Assembly: GCA_963803435.1 (NCBI GenBank)
Contig: CAWDML010000007.1
Span: 1-64,000, forward strand
Length of the DNA: 64,000 bases
Origin: an uncultured delta proteobacterium
GTDB taxonomy: Bacteria; Myxococcota; Kuafuiibacteriia; Kuafuiibacteriales; Kuafuiibacteriaceae
Direction of reading: 5' to 3'
Every line of letters begins with the position of its first letter. Position 1 is the stretch's first letter. Below, one piece after another: positions 10,432 through 20,225 of the stretch. Made by a program: the position numbers and the translations under genes. Below the pieces are notes generated by a model. It saw nothing but the letters and a program-made list of their open reading frames with translations. It did not search any database and had not been told where the DNA came from.

Positions 10432-10955
10432 TCGAAGCCGTAGTCGCAGAGCGGTCGGAGACGCCGTCGTTCGAGTCCGTCTTCACCGATCAGATCGACT
10501 TCGTGGTGCGCTCGCTCCTGCGTCTCGGCGTCCAGGAGCGGGACGTGGAGGACACCGCCCAGCAGGTGTTCCTGGTGGTGCACCGCCGGCTTCACGAGTA
10601 CGACGCCGCGCGCTCGATGCGCGCCTGGCTGTGGGGCATCGCCCGGCGGTTCGCCTCCGATTACCGGGAGCTGGCCCGGCATCGCATCGCGCTCGACGAC
10701 GGCGCGGTGGCGCGCCACTCCACCGGAGGAGAGGAAGCCGAGCGCTTCTCCGCGCGACAGCTGGTGCACCGGGCGCTCCAGGAGCTCGACCCGGTGCGCA
10801 GGGAGGTGCTGGTCCTCTACGAGATGGAGGGCATGACGCTGAAGGAGGTCGCCGAGATCACCGGCGCACCGCTCAACACGGTGGCATCGCGCCTGAGGAA
10901 GGCGCGGAGCGACTTCGCCGCCGTGGTGGAGCGCCTGGAAGGAGGGACGGCATGA
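10428..10955 (+). CDS. ECF RNA polymerase sigma factor
   Basis: DVEDTAQQVF, RAWLWGIA, EGMTLKEVAEITGAPLNTVASRL (regions 2 and 4). Confidence 0.9.
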   Translation: MIEAVVAERSETPSFESVFTDQIDFVVRSLLRLGVQERDVEDTAQQVFLVVHRRLHEYDAARSMRAWLWGIARRFASDYRELARHRIALDDGAVARHSTGGEEAERFSARQLVHRALQELDPVRREVLVLYEMEGMTLKEVAEITGAPLNTVASRLRKARSDFAAVVERLEGGTA

Positions 10956-11776
10956 GCGATCGCATCGACCCGATCGATCCCAAGCTGCGGAGCCTCCTCG
11001 ATGGAGAGGCGGCCGGGCCGTTCACCAACGGCGAGATGCGGGCGCGGATCCTCTCGGGCGTCACGGGAGCGATCGGCGGTCCGGGCGGCGCTTCCACCCC
11101 GGACGGCGGCGCGCCCTCGGGCGGCGCCCCGCCCGCGCCCCCCGGGCCCGGCCTGGGCACGGCCGCCAGCGTGCTGGCAAAGCCGCTCGGCTCGCTCCTC
11201 GGCGTGGGCGTGATGAGCGCGATCTTCGCCGCCGGGGTGGTGGTCGGCACGCAGGTCACCTCCACACCGGCGACGAGGCCCGCGGTATCACCGGCGCTCG
11301 AGCGGCCCCGAACGCGACCGCGAGTCTCGCCGCCGCTCGCCCCGACGGCGCCGCCCGCCGTGACGCCCACGCCCGGCCCCGTGCCGGTGGAGAGGACCGT
11401 CCGCCGCCGCCCGGAGCCGCGCCGGCTGCCGCCGAGCGGAGCAGGCAGCGAGCGGCTGCGCGCGGAGTCGGGCGGGAGGGCTCTGGCCGAGCGGGCCCCG
11501 CAGACACCGCTGGCCGAGGAACAGCGCGTGATCGAGCGGGCGCGGACGGCGCTGGCGCGCGGCTTTTACGACGACGCGCTGGCGGCCCTGCGAGAGCACG
11601 CGCGCCGCTTCCCCGAGGGCGCGCTGGCAGCCGATCGGGACGGTCTCACGGCGCTCGTCCTGTCGCGGGCGGGCCGGACCGAAGAGGCGCGCCGGGCCGC
11701 CGAGGTCTATCTGTCGGCCCATCCGAACGGGACGCTGGCCCCGGCCGTGCGCAGCGTCCTCGAGGTCCACGAGTGA
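10952..11776 (+). CDS. Putative anti-sigma factor (TM, Pro-rich linker, C-terminal TPR)
   Basis: ATGA-coupled to the sigma gene; LAEE..ARTAL..HARRFPEG.L motif typical of myxobacterial anti-sigmas. Confidence 0.7.
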   Translation: MSDRIDPIDPKLRSLLDGEAAGPFTNGEMRARILSGVTGAIGGPGGASTPDGGAPSGGAPPAPPGPGLGTAASVLAKPLGSLLGVGVMSAIFAAGVVVGTQVTSTPATRPAVSPALERPRTRPRVSPPLAPTAPPAVTPTPGPVPVERTVRRRPEPRRLPPSGAGSERLRAESGGRALAERAPQTPLAEEQRVIERARTALARGFYDDALAALREHARRFPEGALAADRDGLTALVLSRAGRTEEARRAAEVYLSAHPNGTLAPAVRSVLEVHE

Positions 11777-12771
11777 GGATCGTGCTCGTGGCGCTCCTCT
11801 CGGTCGGGTGCATCGACGAGATCGAGGTCGGGAGCCGCAGCACGTTCTTCGGCGGGGAGGTACCGCACGGCTGGAGGACCTTCAGCTCACCCGTGAGCGA
11901 TCGGCTCGAGGGGATCGACGGCGTCTCCGCGAACGCGATCTGGGCCGTCGGAGAGCGCGGCGTGATCCTCCGCTACGACGGGACGCGCTGGAGCCGCGAG
12001 GTCAGCCCGGTCGCCGACGATCTGGTGGGCGTCTTCGCAGCTGCCGAGGACGACGTGTGGGCCGTCGGCGATGGCGGCGCCATCGTGCACTACGACGGCA
12101 CCAGCTGGTTGCGGGCAGCAGCGACCATCCCGGTGGAGATCGGCGGCGGCGCGGCACGCTTCGTCGACATCGACGGCAGCTCCCGCGACGACGTTTGGGT
12201 GCTCCCGCAGGATCTGATCGACGTACGGGGCGAGTGGTCGGCCGGCGCGCTTCACTTCGACGGAACCGGCTGGTCGCTGTTCGCGCGTCCCGAGCCCGAC
12301 GGCCTCGGGCAGAGCGTGGCCTCCGGCGGACCCGGCGACGCCTGGGCGGTCACCGGAAGCTGCGTCCAGCGCTTTCGCGGGAGCGCGTGGGTCCCGATCG
12401 GCGCCCCCACGGAGGACCTGCTGTTCTCCTTCGAGGACGTCTGGGCCGACCCAAAGGGGCAACTGTGGACGCTGGCGTACGACCTCGGCGCCTCGCGGGC
12501 GCGCATCTTCCGCTACCAGGGAGTCTGGACCGAGCTCGACGGAGAAGGGATCGCGGAGGAGAGCCTGCACCTGTTCGCCATCACCGGATCGGAAGACGGC
12601 GAGGAGGTGATCGCCGTCGGCGACGGCGGCCATCTGTCTCGATGGAACGGCGCGGAGTGGACCACGCTGATCGAGACCTCGTACACCAGGCCCGGCCTTC
12701 TCGACGCGGCGATCATCGACGGCGGGATCTGGGCGGTCGGCGCCCGCGGGACGATCGTCCGGGCCGAATAG
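11773..12771 (+). CDS. Beta-propeller repeat lipoprotein
   Basis: Lipobox LSVGC; repeated WAVGxxGxIxxYDGxxW. Confidence 0.75.
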   Translation: MRIVLVALLSVGCIDEIEVGSRSTFFGGEVPHGWRTFSSPVSDRLEGIDGVSANAIWAVGERGVILRYDGTRWSREVSPVADDLVGVFAAAEDDVWAVGDGGAIVHYDGTSWLRAAATIPVEIGGGAARFVDIDGSSRDDVWVLPQDLIDVRGEWSAGALHFDGTGWSLFARPEPDGLGQSVASGGPGDAWAVTGSCVQRFRGSAWVPIGAPTEDLLFSFEDVWADPKGQLWTLAYDLGASRARIFRYQGVWTELDGEGIAEESLHLFAITGSEDGEEVIAVGDGGHLSRWNGAEWTTLIETSYTRPGLLDAAIIDGGIWAVGARGTIVRAE

Positions 12772-14208
12772 ATCGTAGAGCCAGGGGTGGGTCCACGGGT
12801 TGAGCCCGGGGGCGCTCGCCGTGAAGATCGAGACCGCGAGCGCGGCGAAGAGCAGCGCGTGGCCGCGCCTCGATGAGAGCGCCGCCTCCACCACCGGCAG
12901 CGCGGCGGCGAGCCAGAACGGAACCAGCCACATCAACCAGCGGGGCCCGCAGGCGACGCCGCCGTAGTTCGAGGTGTGGAGCAGATAGAAGCCGAACGTC
13001 AGGATCGTGAGCCCGGCAGCCAGCCGCGGGACTACCTCGCCGGCCCGCGCCTCGTCGAGCCACCAGCGCCGAGGCATCCCGAGCGCGGCGCCCGCCGCCA
13101 GCGCCAGCGGCAACATCGCGAGCGGAAGCGGCAGACCGACCTCTTGATACAGGTAGCGGAGACCGACGATCGCCGCCAGTCCCAGGAGCGCGGCCAGCAA
13201 CGATGCGACGAGGCCGCGCCGTAGAAGCCGCATCATCCCGGCGAAGGAGGCCAGGAAGATCGGCTCGAGCGAGAAGACGCCGTGGTGGCCGAACGTGAAG
13301 TGGAAGACGTAGGCCGCGGGCGAGGCCTCGCCGCGATCGACGCCGACCTTCTGGGTCCAGTAGCTACCCGGGAACTTCGACCACGTCGGATCCGGGTGGT
13401 AGAACCACAACGCATCCCCGAGCGCGATCCGATTGGTCACGAAGAACGCCGCCAGCGGGAGCAGCGCCGAGGGAAGAAACAGCGCGAGCGTGCGCCGCCG
13501 ATCGCGAAGCGAGAGCAGCAGCGCCATCACGACGGGCAGGCAGAGCGCCGGGACCTCCTGGCTGGCGGTCCAGCCCGAGGCCAGGCCCGCGAGGATGAAC
13601 CACTTCGGGGATCGCTCGCGATCGATCCAGATCGCGACGAACGCCAACAGCGCCAGGCCGGCGCCCGCGGTCGCACCGACGTGATTGGTGAGCGAGGTGG
13701 CGAACGTGGTCACCAAGGTACCGAAGCCGGCGGTGAGCATGAGGACGCCGGTCGCGCGCGGCGAGGCCCCGAGCCGCTCGAACACCAGCAGCAGCGCGAG
13801 CAGGTAGAGCACGATCGGCAGCGCGTTGGAGGTCAGCAGCAGCGCCTGAAGCAGCTCGAGGCCGTCGGGACCCGGCGCCCACCCGAACGCGCGCTTCAGC
13901 ACCGTCATCTCGGCTGCCAGGAGGGTGGGGAGCAGCGGCGGCTTGCTCGAGTAGAACTCCTGCGTATCGGGTCGAAGGAGCACGTCGATCATGACCGGGG
14001 CCTTGAGATCGCGATAGCTCCCATCGCTGTTGGTGACGCGGCGGCCGATCGCGTAGCTGTCGGTCTCGACCAGCGCCGCCACGGTCGCCCAGCGGGAGAT
14101 GTCGTTGGGACCGAACGGTCCGGGGACCGCGAAGATCCGCCCTGCGGTCAGGGCGCCTGAAGCGAGCACCAGCAGGAGCGGAAAGAAGCGATCGGGCGCG
14201 CCGGCCAC
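11887..14208 (-). CDS. Polytopic membrane protein, probable GT-C-fold glycosyltransferase; conserved-looking part ends ~12770
   Basis: NDISRWATVAALV, FYSSKPPLLP, GPRWLMW and many TM helices; no in-frame stop before 11887. Confidence 0.6.
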   Translation of the reverse strand: MAGAPDRFFPLLLVLASGALTAGRIFAVPGPFGPNDISRWATVAALVETDSYAIGRRVTNSDGSYRDLKAPVMIDVLLRPDTQEFYSSKPPLLPTLLAAEMTVLKRAFGWAPGPDGLELLQALLLTSNALPIVLYLLALLLVFERLGASPRATGVLMLTAGFGTLVTTFATSLTNHVGATAGAGLALLAFVAIWIDRERSPKWFILAGLASGWTASQEVPALCLPVVMALLLSLRDRRRTLALFLPSALLPLAAFFVTNRIALGDALWFYHPDPTWSKFPGSYWTQKVGVDRGEASPAAYVFHFTFGHHGVFSLEPIFLASFAGMMRLLRRGLVASLLAALLGLAAIVGLRYLYQEVGLPLPLAMLPLALAAGAALGMPRRWWLDEARAGEVVPRLAAGLTILTFGFYLLHTSNYGGVACGPRWLMWLVPFWLAAALPVVEAALSSRRGHALLFAALAVSIFTASAPGLNPWTHPWLYDLFGPDDRPAGADRPDPAVDDRRVEKAGPGVRGLDQRGPLRAVPSRQMAAVADGDHLLAVFRSGDGEQVQALLRDPFSVELGPDSLVAEDARPRGAEVVRQRPQLPLWVGPDVLEGEQQVLRGGADRDPRAPAKALDAASGDRPGVAGSAGGHALPEAVGLGTREQRPAGSVEVKRAGRPLAPYVDQILREHPNVVAGAAVDVDEACRAAADLHRDGRCCPQPAGAVVVHDGAAIADGPHVVLGSCEDAHQIVGDRADLAAPARPVVAEDHAALSDGPDRVRGDAVDPLEPIAHG

Positions 14209-14240
14209 TGCGGGGAGCGTCGGCCGGGGCCGGATCGAGG

Positions 14241-15236
14241 TCAAGCGGCGCCGAGCACCTTCTCGGCACGCCGGCGCCACGTGTGCTCGGCGAGAAAGCG
14301 CGCGCGGGCGGCGCGGCCGAGGCGCTCGCGGAGCGCGCGATCGCGCAGGCGATCGATGGCGGCCTCCCACGCACCGACGTCGCCGGGCGGCACCAGGATC
14401 GCCAGCGACTCGTCGATCACCTCGCGGAGGGCGGGGAGATCGGAGGCGACGATCGCCTTGCCGGCCGCCATCGCCTCGAAGAGCTTGAGCGGAGACATCC
14501 ACCGGGTCGAGTCGGCGCCGCCGCGCGTGCGCGTGCCGTGCTGATAGGGCAGCAGCAGCACGTCCATCGCGCGTCGCCAGCCCTCGGCCAGGTACGGCGA
14601 GACCCGGCGCTCGCGACCGATCACGTGGACATCGACGCTCGTCATCCTACGGGCGAGGGCGTCGACGATCTCGAGCCCACGGCCAGGATATGCGTTGCCC
14701 ACGTAGCCGACGCGGAACCCCGGCGGGAGGTCGGGCAGCGGAGCGTCGCTCTCGGCGCGCGCAGCGTTCGGCGCGATCACGAGGGGCGGAAGGCGCGCGA
14801 ACGCACCCCGGTAGGCGTCGGCCAGCGCGCGCGAGTGGACCACCAGCTTGACCGTGCGGGCGGACGAGAGCAGGGCACGCTCGACCGTCCGGCGGGCGCC
14901 CTCGGGGAAGAGGTGGGCCTCGTACATCACACGGTGCCCGCGCATCGCGGACAGGAGTGCCGCCAGCGGCTCGCGCGCGTAGATCAGGTCGGCGGCCCCG
15001 ATCGACCAGGCGGCGCCGAGGGCGTGACGAAGCACGCTCCTGCGCGGGCGCTCCAGGATCGAGAACGCCGGTGCGAGGCCGTAGTAGGGGAAGGGGCTCT
15101 CGCCCGCGGATCCGGGCGCCGCCACCAGCTCGACCCGATGGCCGAGCTCGGCGAAGGCGGCGCACATGTTCATCACCTGCACGCTGGCGGCGCTGGGCGA
15201 GGGCACCTCGACGCCGGAGAGATGGACGATGCGCAC
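14241..15236 (-). CDS. Glycosyltransferase family 4
   Basis: SPLKLFEAMAAGKAIVASD motif. Confidence 0.9.
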   Translation of the reverse strand: MRIVHLSGVEVPSPSAASVQVMNMCAAFAELGHRVELVAAPGSAGESPFPYYGLAPAFSILERPRRSVLRHALGAAWSIGAADLIYAREPLAALLSAMRGHRVMYEAHLFPEGARRTVERALLSSARTVKLVVHSRALADAYRGAFARLPPLVIAPNAARAESDAPLPDLPPGFRVGYVGNAYPGRGLEIVDALARRMTSVDVHVIGRERRVSPYLAEGWRRAMDVLLLPYQHGTRTRGGADSTRWMSPLKLFEAMAAGKAIVASDLPALREVIDESLAILVPPGDVGAWEAAIDRLRDRALRERLGRAARARFLAEHTWRRRAEKVLGAA

Positions 15237-15237
15237 G

Positions 15238-16593
15238 TCAGCCTCCGGCGCGCGCGATGCGTCCGTGAACGATCAACGCGGCCGTCCCGATCCACAAGAG
15301 GGAGCCGATCGCGTAGCTCGAGGCCCCTCCCACCAACCCGAAGCGCGGGAGCAAGACGAGCTGCAGCCCGACGGCCACCATCGACGCGACGATCGTCAGC
15401 CGCAGCTTGTCCTGCGCCAGCCCCATCGCGACCAGGAGCGCGGAGTACGCGAACGAGGCCGCCCACAGCGCGGTCCCGGCCAGCGCGATCGCACCCGGAA
15501 GAAACACGGGCGCGTAGCGCGCCCCCACCGCCAGATCGATCACCGGTCGGCCCACGGCGAGATATCCGCAGAGCAGGACGAAGGCGACGCCCAGCCCGAG
15601 CGCGCGCGTGCGCCGGATATGTCGCCAGATCGCGCCGAGATCCTGCCGGACCCAGAGCCGCGCCATCACCGGAAGGGTGCTGTGATAGAGCGGGTTGGTG
15701 AGTCGATCGGGCACGGACGCGATCTGCTTGATCAGGTGATACTGGCCGACCGCGCCGGTGTCGAGAAACGCCTGCACCAGGAAGACGTCCGCCTCGCGGA
15801 AGACGTGCCGCACCGCGGTCTCGAGGTTCGTCAGCACCGCGAAGCGGACGATGTCCGGGTGGCGGGCCCGCGCCTCCGCGATCGAGCCCGACCAGAGCGC
15901 GTGTCCCTCGGCGGCGAGCGCCGCCCAGCCCAGCGAGAAGAGGAGCACGTTGGAGACGACGTCGGCCGCTGCCCAGATCAGCGCGAAGGTCCACAGGTCG
16001 GCGCCGCGCGACCACGCGACGCCCACCAGGAGCAGCCGGATCGCCGCGGCCACGGTGGCCTGTACCGCGAAGCGCCGGAAGCGATCGAACAGGCGCAGCA
16101 CACCCGTCGGGACCCCGCTGAGGTGGAACAAGATCACCGCCGAGTAGACGATCCCGATCCGCTGCGTCTCGCCGCTCCAGCCGAAGACCCGGGCGCCGAT
16201 CGCGATCGCACCTGCGGCCACCAGCGCTCCTGCCGCCGCGCTGGCAGCGTCGAGCGAGAGCGAGAGCTTCAGGACCGAGCGGAACCCGTGCCCATCGCCC
16301 TGCTCGAGCGGGCCAGCGCCGTACCGGATCACCACCTGCCACGACTGAAAGCTCAGGAGGCGATCGACGACCAGCACCCAGGTCTGGACCAGGACCAGCA
16401 CGCCGTAGCGCTCGGGGCCGAGCGCGCGGGCCGTCAGCGCCAGCGCCGCCATCTGAAAGATCGCGGCCCCCGCCTGGCCGCCGAGGAGCGTCGCCGCGTT
16501 CGCGAAGATCCGGCGGAGCTCGGCGTCCTCAAACCAGCGGCGAACCGAGAGCAAGCTGAGTTGCACGCTAAGCGTCCGCACGGGAAGAGGCAA
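15238..16593 (-). CDS. Polysaccharide flippase (Wzx/MOP family)
   Basis: TARALGPERYG, many TM helices, VGQY; glycan-cluster context. Confidence 0.85.
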   Translation of the reverse strand: MPLPVRTLSVQLSLLSVRRWFEDAELRRIFANAATLLGGQAGAAIFQMAALALTARALGPERYGVLVLVQTWVLVVDRLLSFQSWQVVIRYGAGPLEQGDGHGFRSVLKLSLSLDAASAAAGALVAAGAIAIGARVFGWSGETQRIGIVYSAVILFHLSGVPTGVLRLFDRFRRFAVQATVAAAIRLLLVGVAWSRGADLWTFALIWAAADVVSNVLLFSLGWAALAAEGHALWSGSIAEARARHPDIVRFAVLTNLETAVRHVFREADVFLVQAFLDTGAVGQYHLIKQIASVPDRLTNPLYHSTLPVMARLWVRQDLGAIWRHIRRTRALGLGVAFVLLCGYLAVGRPVIDLAVGARYAPVFLPGAIALAGTALWAASFAYSALLVAMGLAQDKLRLTIVASMVAVGLQLVLLPRFGLVGGASSYAIGSLLWIGTAALIVHGRIARAGG

Positions 16594-16627
16594 GGCGGTG
16601 CACCCGGCGCCGTGATAAAAGCTCGAC

Positions 16628-17449
16628 GTGCTGGAGCACCACCTGTTCGTGATCGGCTATCACAGCATCTCGCCCGCCGACCGCTCCCCCTGGCACCACA
16701 CGTACGCGCCGCTGTCGATCGATCGCGATCGCTTCGAGGCGCAGATCGACCTCTTGCTCCGGCGCGGTCACTCGTTCATCGCCGCCTCCGCCGTCACCTC
16801 AGCGCTCCCGCCGAAGCCCACGGTGATCTTCTTCGACGACGGCTTCCGCGACATCCTGACCACCGCGGCGCCGATCCTGGAGGCGCGCGCGCTCCCCGCG
16901 ACCGTGTTCCCCACGACCGGGCTGATCGATCGTACGCACCTCCTCTTCAGCATGAGAGCGCGGCTGGCAGGCCTGGCTGAGCACCGCATCCGGCAGCTCA
17001 AGAAGCGCCCGCTCGACGAGCGCGAGGCGGCGCTCGCCGGCGCTCGTACCAACCCCGCCGACCTCGACGTGTTCCTGGATTGGAACGACCTCCGGCGCCT
17101 GGCTGCGGCAGGCTTCGAGATCGGGGCGCACGGCGTCTCCCACCTACCGCTCCCCGAGTGCGGCCCCGATCGAGCGGAGGTCGAGATCGGCGAGTCGGCC
17201 GCGCGGGTCGAGCGGGAGCTGGGCGTCCGGCCCACCGCGTTCTCCTATCCGCACGGCCGCTACGACGGGCGCACGGTGGACGCCGTTCGGAGGGCCGGGT
17301 TCAAGGTGGCCGTCGGCGGCCGGACCGGCCTCAACCCGCAGGAGACAATCGAGGGGCGGCGCCTCTTCTTGCGCAAGATCCAGCCCTCACCGCGGGACTC
17401 GCTCACGCGCTTCGCCCTGCGCCTCTACCTCGAGGGCCCGCTCCGATGA
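16628..17449 (+). CDS. Polysaccharide deacetylase (NodB family)
   Basis: YHSI, FFDDG, IGAHGVSH, FSYPHG. Confidence 0.9.
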   Translation: MLEHHLFVIGYHSISPADRSPWHHTYAPLSIDRDRFEAQIDLLLRRGHSFIAASAVTSALPPKPTVIFFDDGFRDILTTAAPILEARALPATVFPTTGLIDRTHLLFSMRARLAGLAEHRIRQLKKRPLDEREAALAGARTNPADLDVFLDWNDLRRLAAAGFEIGAHGVSHLPLPECGPDRAEVEIGESAARVERELGVRPTAFSYPHGRYDGRTVDAVRRAGFKVAVGGRTGLNPQETIEGRRLFLRKIQPSPRDSLTRFALRLYLEGPLR

Positions 17450-18165
17450 TCTGGGAGGGCCGACGCTACGGGTTCCGCGTGCTCCACCTCGTGCTCGAAG
17501 ACGAGCGCGCCGAAGCCCTCGCCGACCGAGCGCGCTACCAGCTGATCCACGTGCGCTCACATCGACCGCTCCATCTCGACGGTTTCGAGGTGCGCACCAA
17601 GACCACGCACCTGATCGACCTCGAGCCGGACGAGGGCGAGATCCTCGCCCGCTTCCACGCCGGCACCCGACGCAAGATCCGCCAGAGCGAGCGCGATCCC
17701 TCGCTCTCGTTCGCGTCGCCCGACCCCGAACGCGACGCCGGCTATCGCCTCTACGCCGACTTCGAGCGCGCCCGCGACCACCGCCCCTCTCCGCGACCCC
17801 TGTTCGGCGAGAGCCTCCTCTTCTCCGCGCGCCGGCACCACCGCCTGATCGCGGGCGTTTTCGTCGACCCGTCACCCTCGATCCTGCGGGTGCGCGCGTT
17901 CTTCTCCTCGCGCCACCAGACCACCGATCGCCCGCTGCTCCGTGCGATCGGGTTCGCCAACCGGCGCGTGGTCTGGGAGGCCTGCCGGATCGGCAAGGCC
18001 CGCGGCTTTCGCGCGCTCGATCTGGCCTCGATCAACGCTGCGCTCCCCGGGATCGCCGCGTTCAAGTCGGGATTCGGCGGCCGCCCCCTCACCGAGTGGA
18101 TCTACGTGTGGCGCTCGCCTCTGATCCGTCTGCTCGAGCGGGTGCGCGCGCTTCGTAGTAGATGA
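17446..18165 (+). CDS. FemAB-like GNAT-fold protein
   Basis: IDL..TRRKIR..GIAAFKSGFGG; ATGA-coupled to the deacetylase. Confidence 0.7.
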   Translation: MIWEGRRYGFRVLHLVLEDERAEALADRARYQLIHVRSHRPLHLDGFEVRTKTTHLIDLEPDEGEILARFHAGTRRKIRQSERDPSLSFASPDPERDAGYRLYADFERARDHRPSPRPLFGESLLFSARRHHRLIAGVFVDPSPSILRVRAFFSSRHQTTDRPLLRAIGFANRRVVWEACRIGKARGFRALDLASINAALPGIAAFKSGFGGRPLTEWIYVWRSPLIRLLERVRALRSR

Positions 18166-18964
18166 GCTTGCTCTTGGTGGTGGCGCCGAGCTCGACCGGC
18201 GCCCCGTGATCGTCGAGCGCCTCCAGGAGCTCGAACCCGGCCGACGCCAGTTCTTCGATCTGTGCGGCCATCGAGATGTAGCAGGTGAGCAACCGGTAGT
18301 TGTTCGCCTTGTCGTTGAGCACCGCCCAACCTTCACCGCGCACCTCGAAGCGGCGGCGGCTCAGGTGATGGACGACGCCCGCGAGCCAGCGCGCGCTCCG
18401 CCAGGCCATCTTGATCGGGTTCGGCGTCACGTTGATCTGGCGCGGGTCCGTCGCGGCCACCGGTGGGCGGTCCAGGTTGTGCGAGGAGAAGAAGAAGATC
18501 CCGCGGGGCGCCAGCACGCGCCTCACCTCGGCGAGCACCTGTGAGCGCTCGGCGCGTGCCACCATGTCGATGCCGTTGAAGGAGAAGACCACCAGATCGA
18601 AGCGGCCGTCCGGGAGCTCGAGCCGGCGCGCGTCGCCCACGCGGAAGTCGACGTCCGGGAAGCGCCGCCGTGCGCACGCAACCATCCGCGGCGAGTAGTC
18701 GATCCCGACATAGTCCGGAGAGAGGCGGAGCAGATGCGGTGAGGTCCGGCCGCAGCCGACACCGAGATCGAGGATCCGCGCGCCCCGGAGCCGCTCCGCC
18801 CGCTGTGACAACCAGGCGTCCTCCGGCGGCAGGAGCCCCTCGCGCTCCGCATACCGGGAGACGATCCGACTCCTGGACCACTCGCGCTGATTGTCGGCTT
18901 CGACGCGGACACTCGCGCCGCCGGGGAACCGCCAGCGCACGACCGCGGACGCTGCGCCCAACAC
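18089..18964 (-). CDS. Class I SAM-dependent methyltransferase
   Basis: ILDLGVGCGR, GIDYS, VGDAR, RVLAPRG; start uncertain. Confidence 0.85.
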   Translation of the reverse strand: MLGAASAVVRWRFPGGASVRVEADNQREWSRSRIVSRYAEREGLLPPEDAWLSQRAERLRGARILDLGVGCGRTSPHLLRLSPDYVGIDYSPRMVACARRRFPDVDFRVGDARRLELPDGRFDLVVFSFNGIDMVARAERSQVLAEVRRVLAPRGIFFFSSHNLDRPPVAATDPRQINVTPNPIKMAWRSARWLAGVVHHLSRRRFEVRGEGWAVLNDKANNYRLLTCYISMAAQIEELASAGFELLEALDDHGAPVELGATTKSKLIYYEARAPARADGSEASATRRSTR

Positions 18965-19061
18965 GGGCGCGAGTCAATGCGGCCGGCCCGAGGAGCGTGT
19001 AGCGCGTAGCGCTACCGCGAGCCCGGTCCGGGTCCCGGCCCGGTCCCGGTCCCGATGGCGA

Positions 19062-19430
19062 TCATGCAGCCCGGCGTGCGTTCATCGACTTGATGAGGCG
19101 CGTGAGCCTCTCGACAACGCGCTTGAGCTTGGCTCTGGCGGCTTGGACCTTCTGCTCGTTGGCGAGTCGGCGCCTCAAGCAGGTGTGGAGTGAGGCGGCG
19201 CTTTCGGTGCCAGAGCGAAGTGCCATCCGGTAGAAGCGAGCCTTCTCAGGTGGATTGAACTCTCCGGCGCCCTCGGCGGTGTTGTTCACGATGGAATCGG
19301 ATGCCCGCCGAAGCTGATCGCGGACGTGAGCGTGACCGGGTTGCAGTTCTTGTGCGATCTCTTCAGCGATGTCGGCATACTCGACGGCGAGCTGGTAGAC
19401 CTCGAGCTTCTCGTGATCGAAAGTGACCAT
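19062..19430 (-). CDS. Four-helix-bundle protein (23S rRNA IVP / Avd-like family)
   Basis: FDHEKLEVYQLA..DQLRRASDSIVNNTAEG..RFYRMALRSGTE. Confidence 0.88.
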   Translation of the reverse strand: MVTFDHEKLEVYQLAVEYADIAEEIAQELQPGHAHVRDQLRRASDSIVNNTAEGAGEFNPPEKARFYRMALRSGTESAASLHTCLRRRLANEQKVQAARAKLKRVVERLTRLIKSMNARRAA

Positions 19431-19443
19431 GCAAGCTAGCTTA

Positions 19444-20225
19444 GGCAAGCCGAAGAGCAGCAGAGCAAAGCGGATGATGCTCTTGTGGATCGGGTGGAGC
19501 AGAAGCGAGCGAGAACTCGAGCCGAGAAGGCAAGAGCGCAGGCTGACCAGCTCGAACCATCCCCAGACCCAACTGAACGAAGTGATGGATGGCCGCATCA
19601 TCGCGTTCCTGCAAATGTGGACGGCACACCGTGGCCCAACGCTCAGAGGAACTTCACCGACTCAGACAGCATGATCATGTTGAAGGAGGGAGCGTACCTC
19701 CAGGCCTACAATGCCCAAGTTGTCGTAGATGAGCACGCTCAGGTGATTGTCGCCGAAGGGGTCAGCAACCAGGCACCTGATCAGCAACACCTCGTCCCGA
19801 TGCTCCGTGATGTGTTCGGCAACTGCGGCGATGCTCCGCGGAAGATGACGGCAGACAACGGCTATCTGAGCGCGACCAACATCGAATTCTCCGACAACAA
19901 TCAGATCGATGCCCACATCGCTGTTGGACCCGAACAGAACCAAGACGCGTCGACTCCGTCCTCATCAGCTTCGGAGCCCACACCTGCCTCGCTCGCTCGC
20001 AAGCGAATGCGAGACAAGTTGCAAACGCGCGACCGCAAGGCGGTCTACGCCCGCAGGAAGAGTATCGTCGAACCGGCGCTCGGACAAATCAAAGGGGCAC
20101 GAGGATTCCGCCGGTTCTCGCTACGCTCCTTCTTCAAGGTACGAGCCGAGGGGACGCTCGTCTGCCTCACCCACAACCTGCTCAAGCTCTACCGATCGAA
20201 GCTCGCGACCGTCGCGAGCGTCTGA
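19444..20225 (+). pseudogene. 5'-truncated IS1182-family DDE transposase
   Basis: AQRNFTDSDS, QAYNAQ, ADNGY, YARRKSIVEPALGQIK..GFRRFSLR..HNLLKL; N-terminal half absent. Confidence 0.85.

Noticed and set aside
19062-19430. Diversity-generating retroelement (Avd-like gene plus a near-duplicate region)
   Set aside because: No reverse transcriptase in the window; differences between copies are not adenine-specific; the duplication has TIRs and TSDs
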